NCBI RefSeq assembly: GCF_016127575.1 | Contig: NZ_CP066020.1 | Location: 420,001 to 452,000, forward strand | Length of the DNA: 32,000 nucleotides | Source of the DNA: Cupriavidus necator | GTDB taxonomy: Bacteria > Pseudomonadota > Gammaproteobacteria > Burkholderiales > Burkholderiaceae | Direction: 5' to 3' | Shown here: positions 8,391 to 16,384 of the stretch, piece after piece | Position numbering within the stretch: position 1 is the first letter of the stretch | Layout: each line of letters begins with the position of its first letter | The notes under the pieces: model-generated | Seen by the model: the letters and a program-made list of their open reading frames with translations, nothing else | Database searches by the model: none | Told to the model about the DNA's origin: nothing | Made by a program: the position numbers and the translations under genes

Positions 8391-8420
8391 CAAGCCTGAT
8401 AATACGCGTTATCAGGCTTG
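8391..8420. other. dif/cer-like core site: 12-bp perfect inverted arms around a 6-bp asymmetric spacer (CAAGCCTGATAA-TACGCG-TTATCAGGCTTG)
   Basis: Perfect 12/12 arms. The inner ends ...ATAA-N6-TTAT... match the layout of Xer-type sites such as E. coli dif (GGTGCGCATAA-TGTATA-TTATGTTAAAT). It sits in a locally AT-richer patch 385 bp upstream of the recombinase start. An alternative reading is a hairpin terminator for the minus strand (followed by AATTTTTG). Confidence 0.45.
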
Positions 8421-9013
8421 ATGGTAAAAGAGATCTATGGTGCACTTCCTCATTCGCCGCTCACACAACTAAAGAATGTAACGCTCGTCCGCGCGGCCGA
8501 ACCCTGCCGCCTGGTCGTTGGCCCCGGCCCTGTCACCATGATGGCGCGCGCGGGCCAGAAACCAAAGGGTCATCCTCCGCGGCGGGCAAGATCCGGCAGG
8601 GCGCGCGCACGCCGTGAAGTGTTATTACCGGCTAATCGAGGGCGGCCCACGGGGCCGGTGTTCCGCCGAGCCAGCTGGCCGCCTATACAGTCCGACAGCT
8701 GAGCCGCCCGCGGCTTTTTCACGGCCGTCGAAAGCGCCTCCCACGGAGCGGCGACTAGGCCAAGTGTGGCGCTGGCCAGGTGAACGGCACCTTGGGCGGA
8801 GTCTTTCTCTGGGACCTGGTGGTGCCAATTGGCAATCGCCGGGCGAGGAGGGCGTGGTTGTCTGCTGGCTGGAGGGCGGTGTAAGCGTTGCCGGATGGCA
8901 GAGGGAGGAATTCCGCCACATCGAATCCGCGTATGGCGAACTAGCCACAGGCACCAGGCCGTTGTAAGATCACGGCAACTAATAACCCAAGCAGTTTAGG
9001 TTTGGTACAATCA

Positions 9014-9263
9014 ATGCCGACGGTCCTATCGATTTTCGGCCTGCGCGTGGTGATCTACCCCAACGACCATCGCCCGGCCCATGTCCACGTGATGGGCAAA
9101 GGCTGCGAAGCCGTCTTCAACCTGCACTGCCCGGCGGGGCCGCCGGAACTGCGCGAGAACTATGGCTTTTCGGCCAGGGACCCTGGGGAAAATCATCGAC
9201 GCACTGGTCGCCCATCTGGCGGCGTTGTGCCGCGACTGGAGAGGCATCCATGGAAATTACTGA
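9014..9263 (+). pseudogene. DUF4160-family small protein gene with an apparent 1-nt insertion (frameshift) near 9181-9183
   Basis: Frame 1 from ATG 9014: MPTVLSIFGLRVVIYPNDHRPAHVHVMGKGCEAVFNLHCPAGPPELRENYGFSARD, the DUF4160 hallmark (YxNDHxPxHxH). Skipping one C of CCC 9181-9183 continues as LGKIIDALVAHLAALCRDWRGIHGNY* (stop 9261-9263). That gives a family-typical 82 aa overlapping the next ATG by 14 nt. As written, the frame instead runs on to 9364 through arginine-rich nonsense. Confidence 0.6.
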
Positions 9264-9675
9264 CGACGTGCTGGCCGCTGCGAATGCGCGCGGCGCGGCC
9301 AAAAAGGCCGCCTTCCCGGCGGTGGTGTCGGTGCGCTATGACCGGCGCGTCTCGCGCGTGGTGATCGCGCTGGCGTCCGGGCTCGAACTGGCGTTTTCGC
9401 CCAAGGCGGCGCAGGGTCTGGAACACGCCCACCCGGCGGACTTGGCCGACGCCGAGATCAGCCCCTCGGGGCTCGGCATCCATTTTCCGCACCTGGACGC
9501 GGATCTGTATCTGCCGGCGCTGCTCGAAGGTTTTCTCGGCTCCAAGCGTTGGATGGCGTCAGAGCTGGGCAAGCGCGGAGGCGCAGCCTCGACGGCCGCC
9601 AAGGCGGCGGCCGCCAGGGAAAACGGTAGGCTTGGCGGACGCCCCCGCAAAAGCAAGTTGCCAGCCGCCGCATGA
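9250..9675 (+). CDS. DUF2442-family protein with a basic C-terminal tail
   Basis: 141 aa. The segment VVSVRYDRRVSRVVIALASGLELAFSPKAAQGLEHAHPADLADAEISPSGLGIHFPHLDADLYLPALLEG fits the DUF2442 pattern. The tail ...AAARENGRLGGRPRKS is typical of small DNA-binding or antitoxin-like partners. DUF4160-DUF2442 is a recurrent gene pair. Confidence 0.7.
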   Translation: MEITDDVLAAANARGAAKKAAFPAVVSVRYDRRVSRVVIALASGLELAFSPKAAQGLEHAHPADLADAEISPSGLGIHFPHLDADLYLPALLEGFLGSKRWMASELGKRGGAASTAAKAAAARENGRLGGRPRKSKLPAAA

Positions 9676-9714
9676 AACAAGGAGCGCCCCTTGACGCTTC
9701 AACAGTGACCAACC

Positions 9715-10013
9715 ATGACGCACTATCGTTGCGAAATTGACCCGCGCCCGGCCGAACTGGGCGGTGGTTGGCGCCTTCAATTGCTCGAAGATGGCGAGGA
9801 AGTTGGCGGCGCCGTGTTTCCCGCCGATCCCAATGCGGACCCGCATGCCGGCATGGTGTGGTTCAACGCGCTCGCGGAGCCGGAACGCGCCAGGCGGTTG
9901 GAGCAGGGCTGCAGTGCCCGGCCTGTAGACGCCTGGGCGGCCTGCCACCGCTGGAAGCCTATAACGACGCGGAGGCCACGGCCCAGGGCTGGCTGGCGTC
10001 ACGGCCTCAATAA
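9715..10013 (+). pseudogene. Small hypothetical protein, probably frameshifted
   Basis: The N-terminal part from ATG 9715 is MTHYRCEIDPRPAELGGGWRLQLLEDGEEVGGAVFPADPNADPHAGMVWFNALAEPERARRLEQ.... The listed 214-aa ORF then overruns the next well-formed gene. A second frame ends ...LEAYNDAEATAQGWLASRPQ* at 10013. A -1 shift around 9930-9950 would give a product of about 99 aa. This is a subjective call. Confidence 0.35.
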
Positions 10014-10075
10014 AAGGCTAAGGCGCCCAAGGGTACACCGCGGTAGCTCATCGGCAGACGGCCCCATCGCTCTGA

Positions 10076-10336
10076 ATGGAGACCACCAATTTGCCCCAGC
10101 GACTGCCCGGTCCGATCCGGATCGTGAATGGTGTCATCAGCCTGCTGGCATTCTTTGCCGGACTGTACTTCCTGCAGAGTATGTATCTGGCGTCCACCGA
10201 GCACACGCCGATCTTAATGGGGAAGTACCAAAAGCTGGTGCAATACGAAAACCGCCCCATCCTGTATCTGTTCTCTGCGACATTCACCGCGGTCGCGGCC
10301 GCTGCCGCAACAGGGTGGGCGTTTGGGGGATGGTGA
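10076..10336 (+). CDS. Small membrane protein, two predicted TM helices, unknown function
   Basis: 86 aa. Hydrophobic stretches IRIVNGVISLLAFFAGLYFL and ILYLFSATFTAVAAAAATGWAF. Third codon positions are G/C-rich. No obvious Shine-Dalgarno. Confidence 0.5.
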   Translation: METTNLPQRLPGPIRIVNGVISLLAFFAGLYFLQSMYLASTEHTPILMGKYQKLVQYENRPILYLFSATFTAVAAAAATGWAFGGW

Positions 10337-10452
10337 AGGCACTTTTGGGTCGTCCATAGCGAAACCATGCTGCCAAACTGCTATTGAAGGAAAACGCCCA
10401 GTGGTTATCTGGCAAAGCCGAAAGGGTTCGCCATCAACCGTCGAGGATCGTC

Positions 10453-10683
10453 ATGCAGCGCCTGCAGCTTGTTATCAGTCCCGCCCACTTCGTAGATCGC
10501 TTCGGTCGCCGCGTCTTGACCAATGCTGGCCAGCCTGGCATGGACGGCAAGGAGGGGGTCGGTTCGACCACTGAGGAACAGCGCAACCGCGTGGCGGCCG
10601 CGATCTATGCCAATTGCGAGCACCTGGACAATGCGCAGCTCGATGAGATCGTTGCGTGGGTGCGGTTGTACAGGAAGAAGTGA
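10453..10683 (+). CDS. Small hypothetical protein (76 aa)
   Basis: ATG 10453 is preceded by GAGGA at a 5-nt spacing (the track ORF starts earlier, at TTG 10384). G/C-rich third positions in ...TTEEQRNRVAAAIYANCEHLDNAQLDEIVAWVRLYRKK*. No recognisable family. Confidence 0.5.
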   Translation: MQRLQLVISPAHFVDRFGRRVLTNAGQPGMDGKEGVGSTTEEQRNRVAAAIYANCEHLDNAQLDEIVAWVRLYRKK

Positions 10684-10814
10684 CGGCCGCGATGTTGGGG
10701 ACGCCGCTGTGGCCTTGGGATACGTCTGGGGCGGCGCAGGCCATTGGCTGTCCTAGCTAGTCCTAGCTGCGCGCTGACTTGTTTGAAAACGCCCCGACAC
10801 CATAGGAAGGCCAG

Positions 10815-11108
10815 ATGCAGAGAATCACCGAAGCCGTCGATTGCGCGCTGTGCCACATGCCGGCATCGCGCTGGGCATTGCGGCAGAGCTCGGATGGCTA
10901 TATGTATGACTGCCCGGCCTGCGGCGGGCGCTACAGCATTGGCACGTCGGCATTGGCGCGGGCGAAGAATGGAGAGGTGCCGCCCGGCCTGCTGGCAGAC
11001 GTGCGCCACGCCATTGCCCGCGGCGACATCCCCCGGGTCGGCAGGACTGCGAGCGAATGGCATCCACTGGACGTCGTGGGACGCCAGGACGCGGATGCCG
11101 ACCTTTGA
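10815..11108 (+). CDS. Small zinc-ribbon-like protein (CxxC...CxxC), unknown function
   Basis: 97 aa: MQRITEAVDCALCHMPASRWALRQSSDGYMYDCPACGGRYSIG.... AGGAAGG Shine-Dalgarno upstream. Good G/C third-position bias. Confidence 0.6.
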   Translation: MQRITEAVDCALCHMPASRWALRQSSDGYMYDCPACGGRYSIGTSALARAKNGEVPPGLLADVRHAIARGDIPRVGRTASEWHPLDVVGRQDADADL

Positions 11109-11459
11109 GTGAAAACGTCCCTAAATCGCACCGGGACAAACGCTATGCCAGAGGACGACCGCGAACGCCAGTTTGGCGACACCATACCGCCTCCCCGCAA
11201 TCGCTTCAGGGAGCGGATCTTGATGGTCCGACTTGGGCCGATCCCAGACTCCACGGCCCACCACCACCATTCCTCTTCTTGTTGACGAACGTGGGCGAGC
11301 CCGCCAGCCTCGTGCCGGCTGCACGAGCTCACCCGCCTGTGATGGCGATCGGACTAGCGTGTCCAGCAGGACAAGGCAGGCCGGTCGTAATGAAATGGTC
11401 AGCCCGATCCCCCGATGCATCGCCTAGGCTGGAGGGGTCACTTTCCGGAGGAGGCTGCC

Positions 11460-11507
11460 ATGAGCGAAGTCACGTTGATCGGCATTGATCTCGGCAAACA
11501 TATGTAA
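11460..11507 (+). mobile_element. Relic of an IS110-family (DEDD) transposase gene: first 15 codons only
   Basis: GGAGGAGG Shine-Dalgarno, then ATG...: MSEVTLIGIDLGKHM*. The xTLIGIDLGK start (first catalytic Asp) is characteristic of IS110/IS1111 transposases. No further similarity in any frame downstream. Confidence 0.35.
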
Positions 11508-12002
11508 AGCTGCTACCTCGAGGCTGCACAAGAGATTCGAGCCGATTGCCATAACCCACTGCGACAGGTCACCTGGTAGGGGCTCAGCGTCGCGCCAAGT
11601 GTGGCAGCCGTGGCGTCGGCCAGCGAAGAAAGCGCCCCGCGGCGGTGCAGATTTCCGGCGGGTTGCCGAGAAAGGAGGCTCAAATGTCCTCACAGGAAAA
11701 CAGCGGCCATGTCGAACAAGGCAATGGCAACCGTGTCGAAGCTGGCGCTAGCGGGGCTGCGGCATGGCGCCGGTGCGGTAGCCGGAGCCCGGCGCGGCGC
11801 CAAGCAGATACGCAGGCTTCTGCCGGCAGACTCCTTCGCGCGTTCGGCTGCGCAGCGCCGCTGCGCCGTCAGTCGTCACGCGGGCAAATTTCATTTGTTG
11901 GCAGCGATGGCGAGCAACGCTCGAGGGAGCGATGTAGATACGCGTTGAAACATGGATCTCTTATGTTTATACTTGTATCAACATTGTTTGGAGGCATCTA
12001 TT

Positions 12003-12257
12003 ATGCGAAAAAGCGCAACCCTGACGATTCAAAAGTGGGGCAACAGCTTGGCGGTTCGAATCCCCACTGCGGTGGCTCGTTCTGCACATTTCGCCGAGGG
12101 CCAGGAAGTGGAGGTATCCGTCGATGAGATTGGCGTAACTGTTCGACCAGTTGGTCGTCGTGCCCTCACTCTCGCGGAAAAGCTTGCTCTGTTTGACCCC
12201 ATCAAGCACGGCGGCGAAGCTATGGCCACGCAGCGTGTCGGCGCGGAGGCCATGTAA
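12003..12257 (+). CDS. mazE: Antitoxin, AbrB/MazE/SpoVT-type
   Basis: 84 aa from ATG 12003 (GGAGG Shine-Dalgarno at 11990-11994; the track ORF starts further upstream). MRKSATLTIQKWGNSLAVRIPTAVARSAHFAEGQEVEV is the swapped-hairpin AbrB/MazE motif. The stop overlaps the next start (ATGTAATGG). Confidence 0.85.
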   Translation: MRKSATLTIQKWGNSLAVRIPTAVARSAHFAEGQEVEVSVDEIGVTVRPVGRRALTLAEKLALFDPIKHGGEAMATQRVGAEAM

Positions 12258-12619
12258 TGGCGGGCAAGCTATGGGCGCCTGAACGACGCGACATTATTTG
12301 GATCGACTGCAATCCGCAAGCCGGCCGCGAGATGAAGGATATGCATCCGATGCTGGTTCTTTCACCGCGGCCGTTTAATGAAAGGACTAGTATTGTGATT
12401 GGCTTGCCGATGACTACGGCAGCCTACAACGAGACCAATCCGTTTGCGATCAAGCTTCAGGGACCGAAGGGAAAGGACAGCTACGTTCTGGCTCATCAAC
12501 CCAAGTCGTTTGACTGGCGAGCCCGAAACGCAAAGGCTCACCCCTGGAAGCAAGCGCCCTTGGAGGTTTTTGCTGCCGCTTGCGAGCAGCTAAACCAGAT
12601 TATCGCGATCGCGGAGTAA
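12257..12619 (+). CDS. mazF: Toxin, MazF/PemK-family endoribonuclease
   Basis: 120 aa. PERRDIIWIDCNPQAGREMKDMHPMLVLSPRPFNERTSIVIGLPMTT...YVLAHQPKSFDWRAR matches the PemK/MazF fold pattern. Translationally coupled to mazE. The cassette is visibly AT-richer than its surroundings. Confidence 0.85.
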   Translation: MAGKLWAPERRDIIWIDCNPQAGREMKDMHPMLVLSPRPFNERTSIVIGLPMTTAAYNETNPFAIKLQGPKGKDSYVLAHQPKSFDWRARNAKAHPWKQAPLEVFAAACEQLNQIIAIAE

Positions 12620-13063
12620 CCTCCATGCTTGACCGCATGGCGCGTTGTCTTGGCGAACACGCCGAGCCGTCGCAAGCTGGTCACTGCCAGCGCACACATG
12701 CGGCTCGACTGGATGAAGCCAGCCACGGTAGACGTAGACGTGATCAGCACATCAACCTGACCACCGAGCAGATCATTGATGGCCGACCCGGCGCCCTTGT
12801 ACGGCACGTGCTGCAGCGGCACGCTGCTGTTCTTGTCGAGCACAACGCCTATCAGGTGCAACAGCGTGCCGATGCCGGGCGTGGCGTAGGTGATCTTCTG
12901 CAGTTGTGCCTTGGCCTGTGTGGCCAGCGCCGGGCAGTGGGCGGGACTCGTCGCGCCGCGCGGTCCGCGTGCCGAAGTCACTGCGCCGCCCAAGGTTCGC
13001 GCTGCGGAACTGGGCGCCGGCCTGCGTGAGCGTCAATGCTGGCGGCGGCCCCCCCGGCAGCAT
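12620..13063 (-). pseudogene. Internal fragment of a Bug/TctC-family solute-binding protein gene, truncated at both ends and frameshifted
   Basis: Minus-strand frames read ...AQFRSANLG / ...ALATQAKAQLQKITYATPGIGTLLHLIGVVLDKNSSVPLQHVPYKGAGSAINDLLGGQVDVLITSTSTVAGFIQSSRMCALAVTS.... These align with the central third of the three intact Bug proteins in this window (e.g. HIPYKGSGPAMSDMLGGQVD). There is no N-terminal signal peptide region and no C-terminus. Homology stops at the mazF stop. Confidence 0.75.
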
Positions 13064-13114
13064 GGCGCGCCGCCAACCCCATGTTGAGGTTGTGTCCCGG
13101 CGCTACTGGTCAAC

Positions 13115-13269
13115 GCGCACAATCAACCTCACCTGGCGCACAACCTACCTCACCGATCCCTGCCGGCTGTTTCCTTCCAGCCTTTGTCCAGCTTGGGAGA
13201 TAAGACATATGCACAGGTCACGCACAATACATCTCACCTTAGGGGCATCAACACAACAAACCTCACCTT
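13115..13269 (+). repeat. Four copies of a 21-bp direct repeat, consensus (G)CGCACAAnnAnCCTCACCT
   Basis: 13115-13135 GCGCACAATCAACCTCACCTG; 13136-13156 GCGCACAACCTACCTCACCGA (abutting the first); 13220-13240 ACGCACAATACATCTCACCTT; 13249-13269 CAACACAACAAACCTCACCTT. All are in the same orientation, in a non-coding, AT-richer gap between the Bug fragment and the cyclase stop. Confidence 0.7.
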
Positions 13270-13358
13270 CTTGGGGCGGCTTCGGATGCGGTGCCGTTCA
13301 TCAGGCATCGTGTCCGCCGTAACGGGGATGTCGATGTACAAACAGTAGTCGGCAAACA

Positions 13359-14600
<1,242 letters not shown>

Positions 14601-15604
14601 TCACCTCCTGGTGTCTCGTCGCAGCGCCACAGGGGCCGGCTCTGACAGCGATGCGGGCACAGCTCGCGCCCCATTGTGGCCGGCGCACGCCGAGCACGGG
14701 CCCATTCCATGAGAAGGCCGTGACCACCTTGAACCATAGCTTGTCGCCGCCAAACCGGTCCTTTGCATACGCCTCGTGCCGCCATTGGGGGAAGAAGCTG
14801 GTTCCCCTAGCACTCGTATAAGACACACTCGCGCCGATTGCAAGTACCTCGCCACGTCGGCCCCGGCTCCAGACGCCGGGCAATTCCGGTACCACGGCGC
14901 TAGGCGTTAATGGGATGGACGCCCCCTCCCCGTGAAGGTACATGAGTGCCAAACTGGTGAGCCTGGCAACCTCTCAAAACAGGAGCATCCCTCATGAAGG
15001 TCACGACGATCGGACCCGACGAGGCTTCGGAGAGAACGATCCAGTTCCCGTCAGAACTCCGCTGCTCCGTTCACAACCCGGCGCTGACGTACGTTAGCCG
15101 GATTGATTGGCTTCGCCCGCGAAGGTGTGGTGTCGTTTCCAAACGGCCAGCATCGCGCTCGCTATCTGGCCTTTGCTGGCGTAGGCAGCCTGCCGGTCGA
15201 GGTCCATGAAACTGAGGCGGACCGCTCGAGCGTTTTTGCGGTTGGGGTCGTTAGCAAACGTCTGAACGCTTGACGGGCGCGGCTAGGGAAGAGTCTTTGC
15301 CTGGTTGCCGATTGAACACGGTGACCGGCGCCGCATGCCAATCAGCGGCTGTCCTGGCCGAAACCGATCGTCCGGCACGCCCGGCGTAAGTCATTCCCAT
15401 GAGGTCGGAGTACCGCACGTACCGAGCGATGCCGAGGTCCGTGGCCAGCCGAAGCGGGATTGGGCCCGTTTCGCCACTCGCATGAAGCGGATCCGTCCGG
15501 ACGTGCTGGTGAGTAAAGTCCTGTCAAAGGCAGCGGGTATCGCCTTGCCGGCGCGAACCTTCCAGCGCCGGAAAGGGGTTATTTCGATTCAGTGGTGAGG
15601 CTGC

Positions 15605-15880
15605 TCAGATCGCAGATGGATGTCGTGCCAGCGGCGTGACCTGGATGGTCATGTAGGGGAACAGGGGCAGTGATGACAGCAGTTCGTGCAACTCGTCATG
15701 GCATTCTACATCGAAGATGCTGATATTGGCGTAGCGCCCCGCCACGCGCCAGAGGTGTGGCCATTTTCCGGCCTGCTGGATTTCGATCGCCCGCGCCTTT
15801 TCAGCCGCCTTGATGGCTTCGGCACGGTCTGCGGGGACTGAGTCGGGAATCTTCACGTCCATCTGTACGCAGTAAAGCAT
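15605..15880 (-). CDS. catC: Muconolactone delta-isomerase
   Basis: 91 aa. MLYCVQMDVKIPDSVPADRAEAIKAAEKARAIEIQQAGKWPHLWRVAGRYANISIFDVECHDELHELLSSLPLFPYMTIQVTPLARHPS matches the CatC family end to end. AAGGAGA Shine-Dalgarno. Confidence 0.9.
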   Translation of the reverse strand: MLYCVQMDVKIPDSVPADRAEAIKAAEKARAIEIQQAGKWPHLWRVAGRYANISIFDVECHDELHELLSSLPLFPYMTIQVTPLARHPSAI

Positions 15881-15972
15881 GGTGTCTCCTTGTCTGTTCC
15901 AGGTAAGTGGGACCGGAGCCGGACCGCCTCCGGTCCGGCTTCAGCCTATGCGCAAATCGGGTAAGGCGGTGC

Positions 15973-16314
15973 CTAGCCAGCGCTACTCTGGCCGACGACA
16001 GATGCGGTGCGAAATGGCTTGAGCCGGCCGATAAAGGTCTTGCCGTGTTCGAACCACGCCTTGCGGATGTCGGAAGCCATGTAGCGGTCGTAGTCAGCCT
16101 CGTTCTCGAACCAGCACTCGCCGATGGCGTCTACATGCCCGATGTCGAAGAAAGGCACGTGGGTGTCGGTCGGTTGCCCGGCGACGAGGCGCACCTCGTA
16201 CCGATGCAGGCCAGGCACATCGTGCGACATCTCGTAGTGGCGCAGGCATTCGGCGCGGAATGCTTCGTCGGTCATGCCTTCTGGCTTGACCAGCAGGTAC
16301 AGCATGCGAATCAT
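15973..16314 (-). CDS. EthD-domain protein
   Basis: Preferred start is ATG 16314 (AAGGGGG Shine-Dalgarno), giving [41 protein letters not shown].... The track ORF extends to 16350. Small dimeric alpha/beta-barrel EthD pattern. Confidence 0.7.
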   Translation of the reverse strand: MIRMLYLLVKPEGMTDEAFRAECLRHYEMSHDVPGLHRYEVRLVAGQPTDTHVPFFDIGHVDAIGECWFENEADYDRYMASDIRKAWFEHGKTFIGRLKPFRTASVVGQSSAG

Positions 16315-16384
16315 GTGGATCCCCCTTGTTGTTGGAATAACCGTGGTCAATGGCCCTGTGGGCCTGGAAATCGTCCGACGCCCT

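Noticed and set aside
8702-8719. A short hairpin plus T5 (AGCCG-CCCG-CGGCT-TTTT) as a plus-strand terminator.
   Set aside because: The stem is only 5 bp and no convincing upstream gene or promoter exists. It is mentioned under the 8-9 kb gap finding but not listed as a feature.
9715-10359. The 214-aa ORF as listed in the track.
   Set aside because: Beyond about codon 75 it becomes Arg/Pro-rich. It also overlaps the well-formed 2-TM gene at 10076-10336 in another frame. I annotate only 9715-10013, with a suspected frameshift.
12053-12063. GGTTCGAATCC, a tRNA T-arm-like motif.
   Set aside because: It lies inside mazE, where it encodes the conserved AVRIP segment. No acceptor or anticodon stems can be drawn around it.
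11601-12127. Two overlapping plus-strand ORFs upstream of mazE. One has a perfect AAAGGAGG Shine-Dalgarno before ATG 11684 (MSSQENSGHVEQGNGNRVEAG...). The other starts at ATG 11709 (MSNKAMATVSKLALAGL...).
   Set aside because: The Shine-Dalgarno is striking. But the first frame degenerates into Arg/Ser-rich sequence and runs through mazE, and the second lacks a Shine-Dalgarno. I cannot decide which is real, if either. Worth a Ribo-seq look, but not supportable as a feature.
14994-15209. An ORF starting MKVTTIGPDEAS..., reminiscent of an IS110 transposase N-terminus (MxVTTIGIDLAK), with an upstream CAGGAG.
   Set aside because: Only about 7 residues agree, the catalytic GIDL motif is not preserved, and nothing downstream matches in any frame. 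This is too weak to call.
15090-15290. A minus-strand reading ...RKNARAVRLSFMDLDRQAAYASKGQIASAMLAVWKRHHTFAGEANQSG* that looks like the C-terminus of a real protein.
   Set aside because: The open frame is bounded by a TAG about 60 codons upstream, with only an internal ATG (37 codons). I could not assign a family. It is probably another remnant in the degenerate 14.6-15.6 kb stretch.
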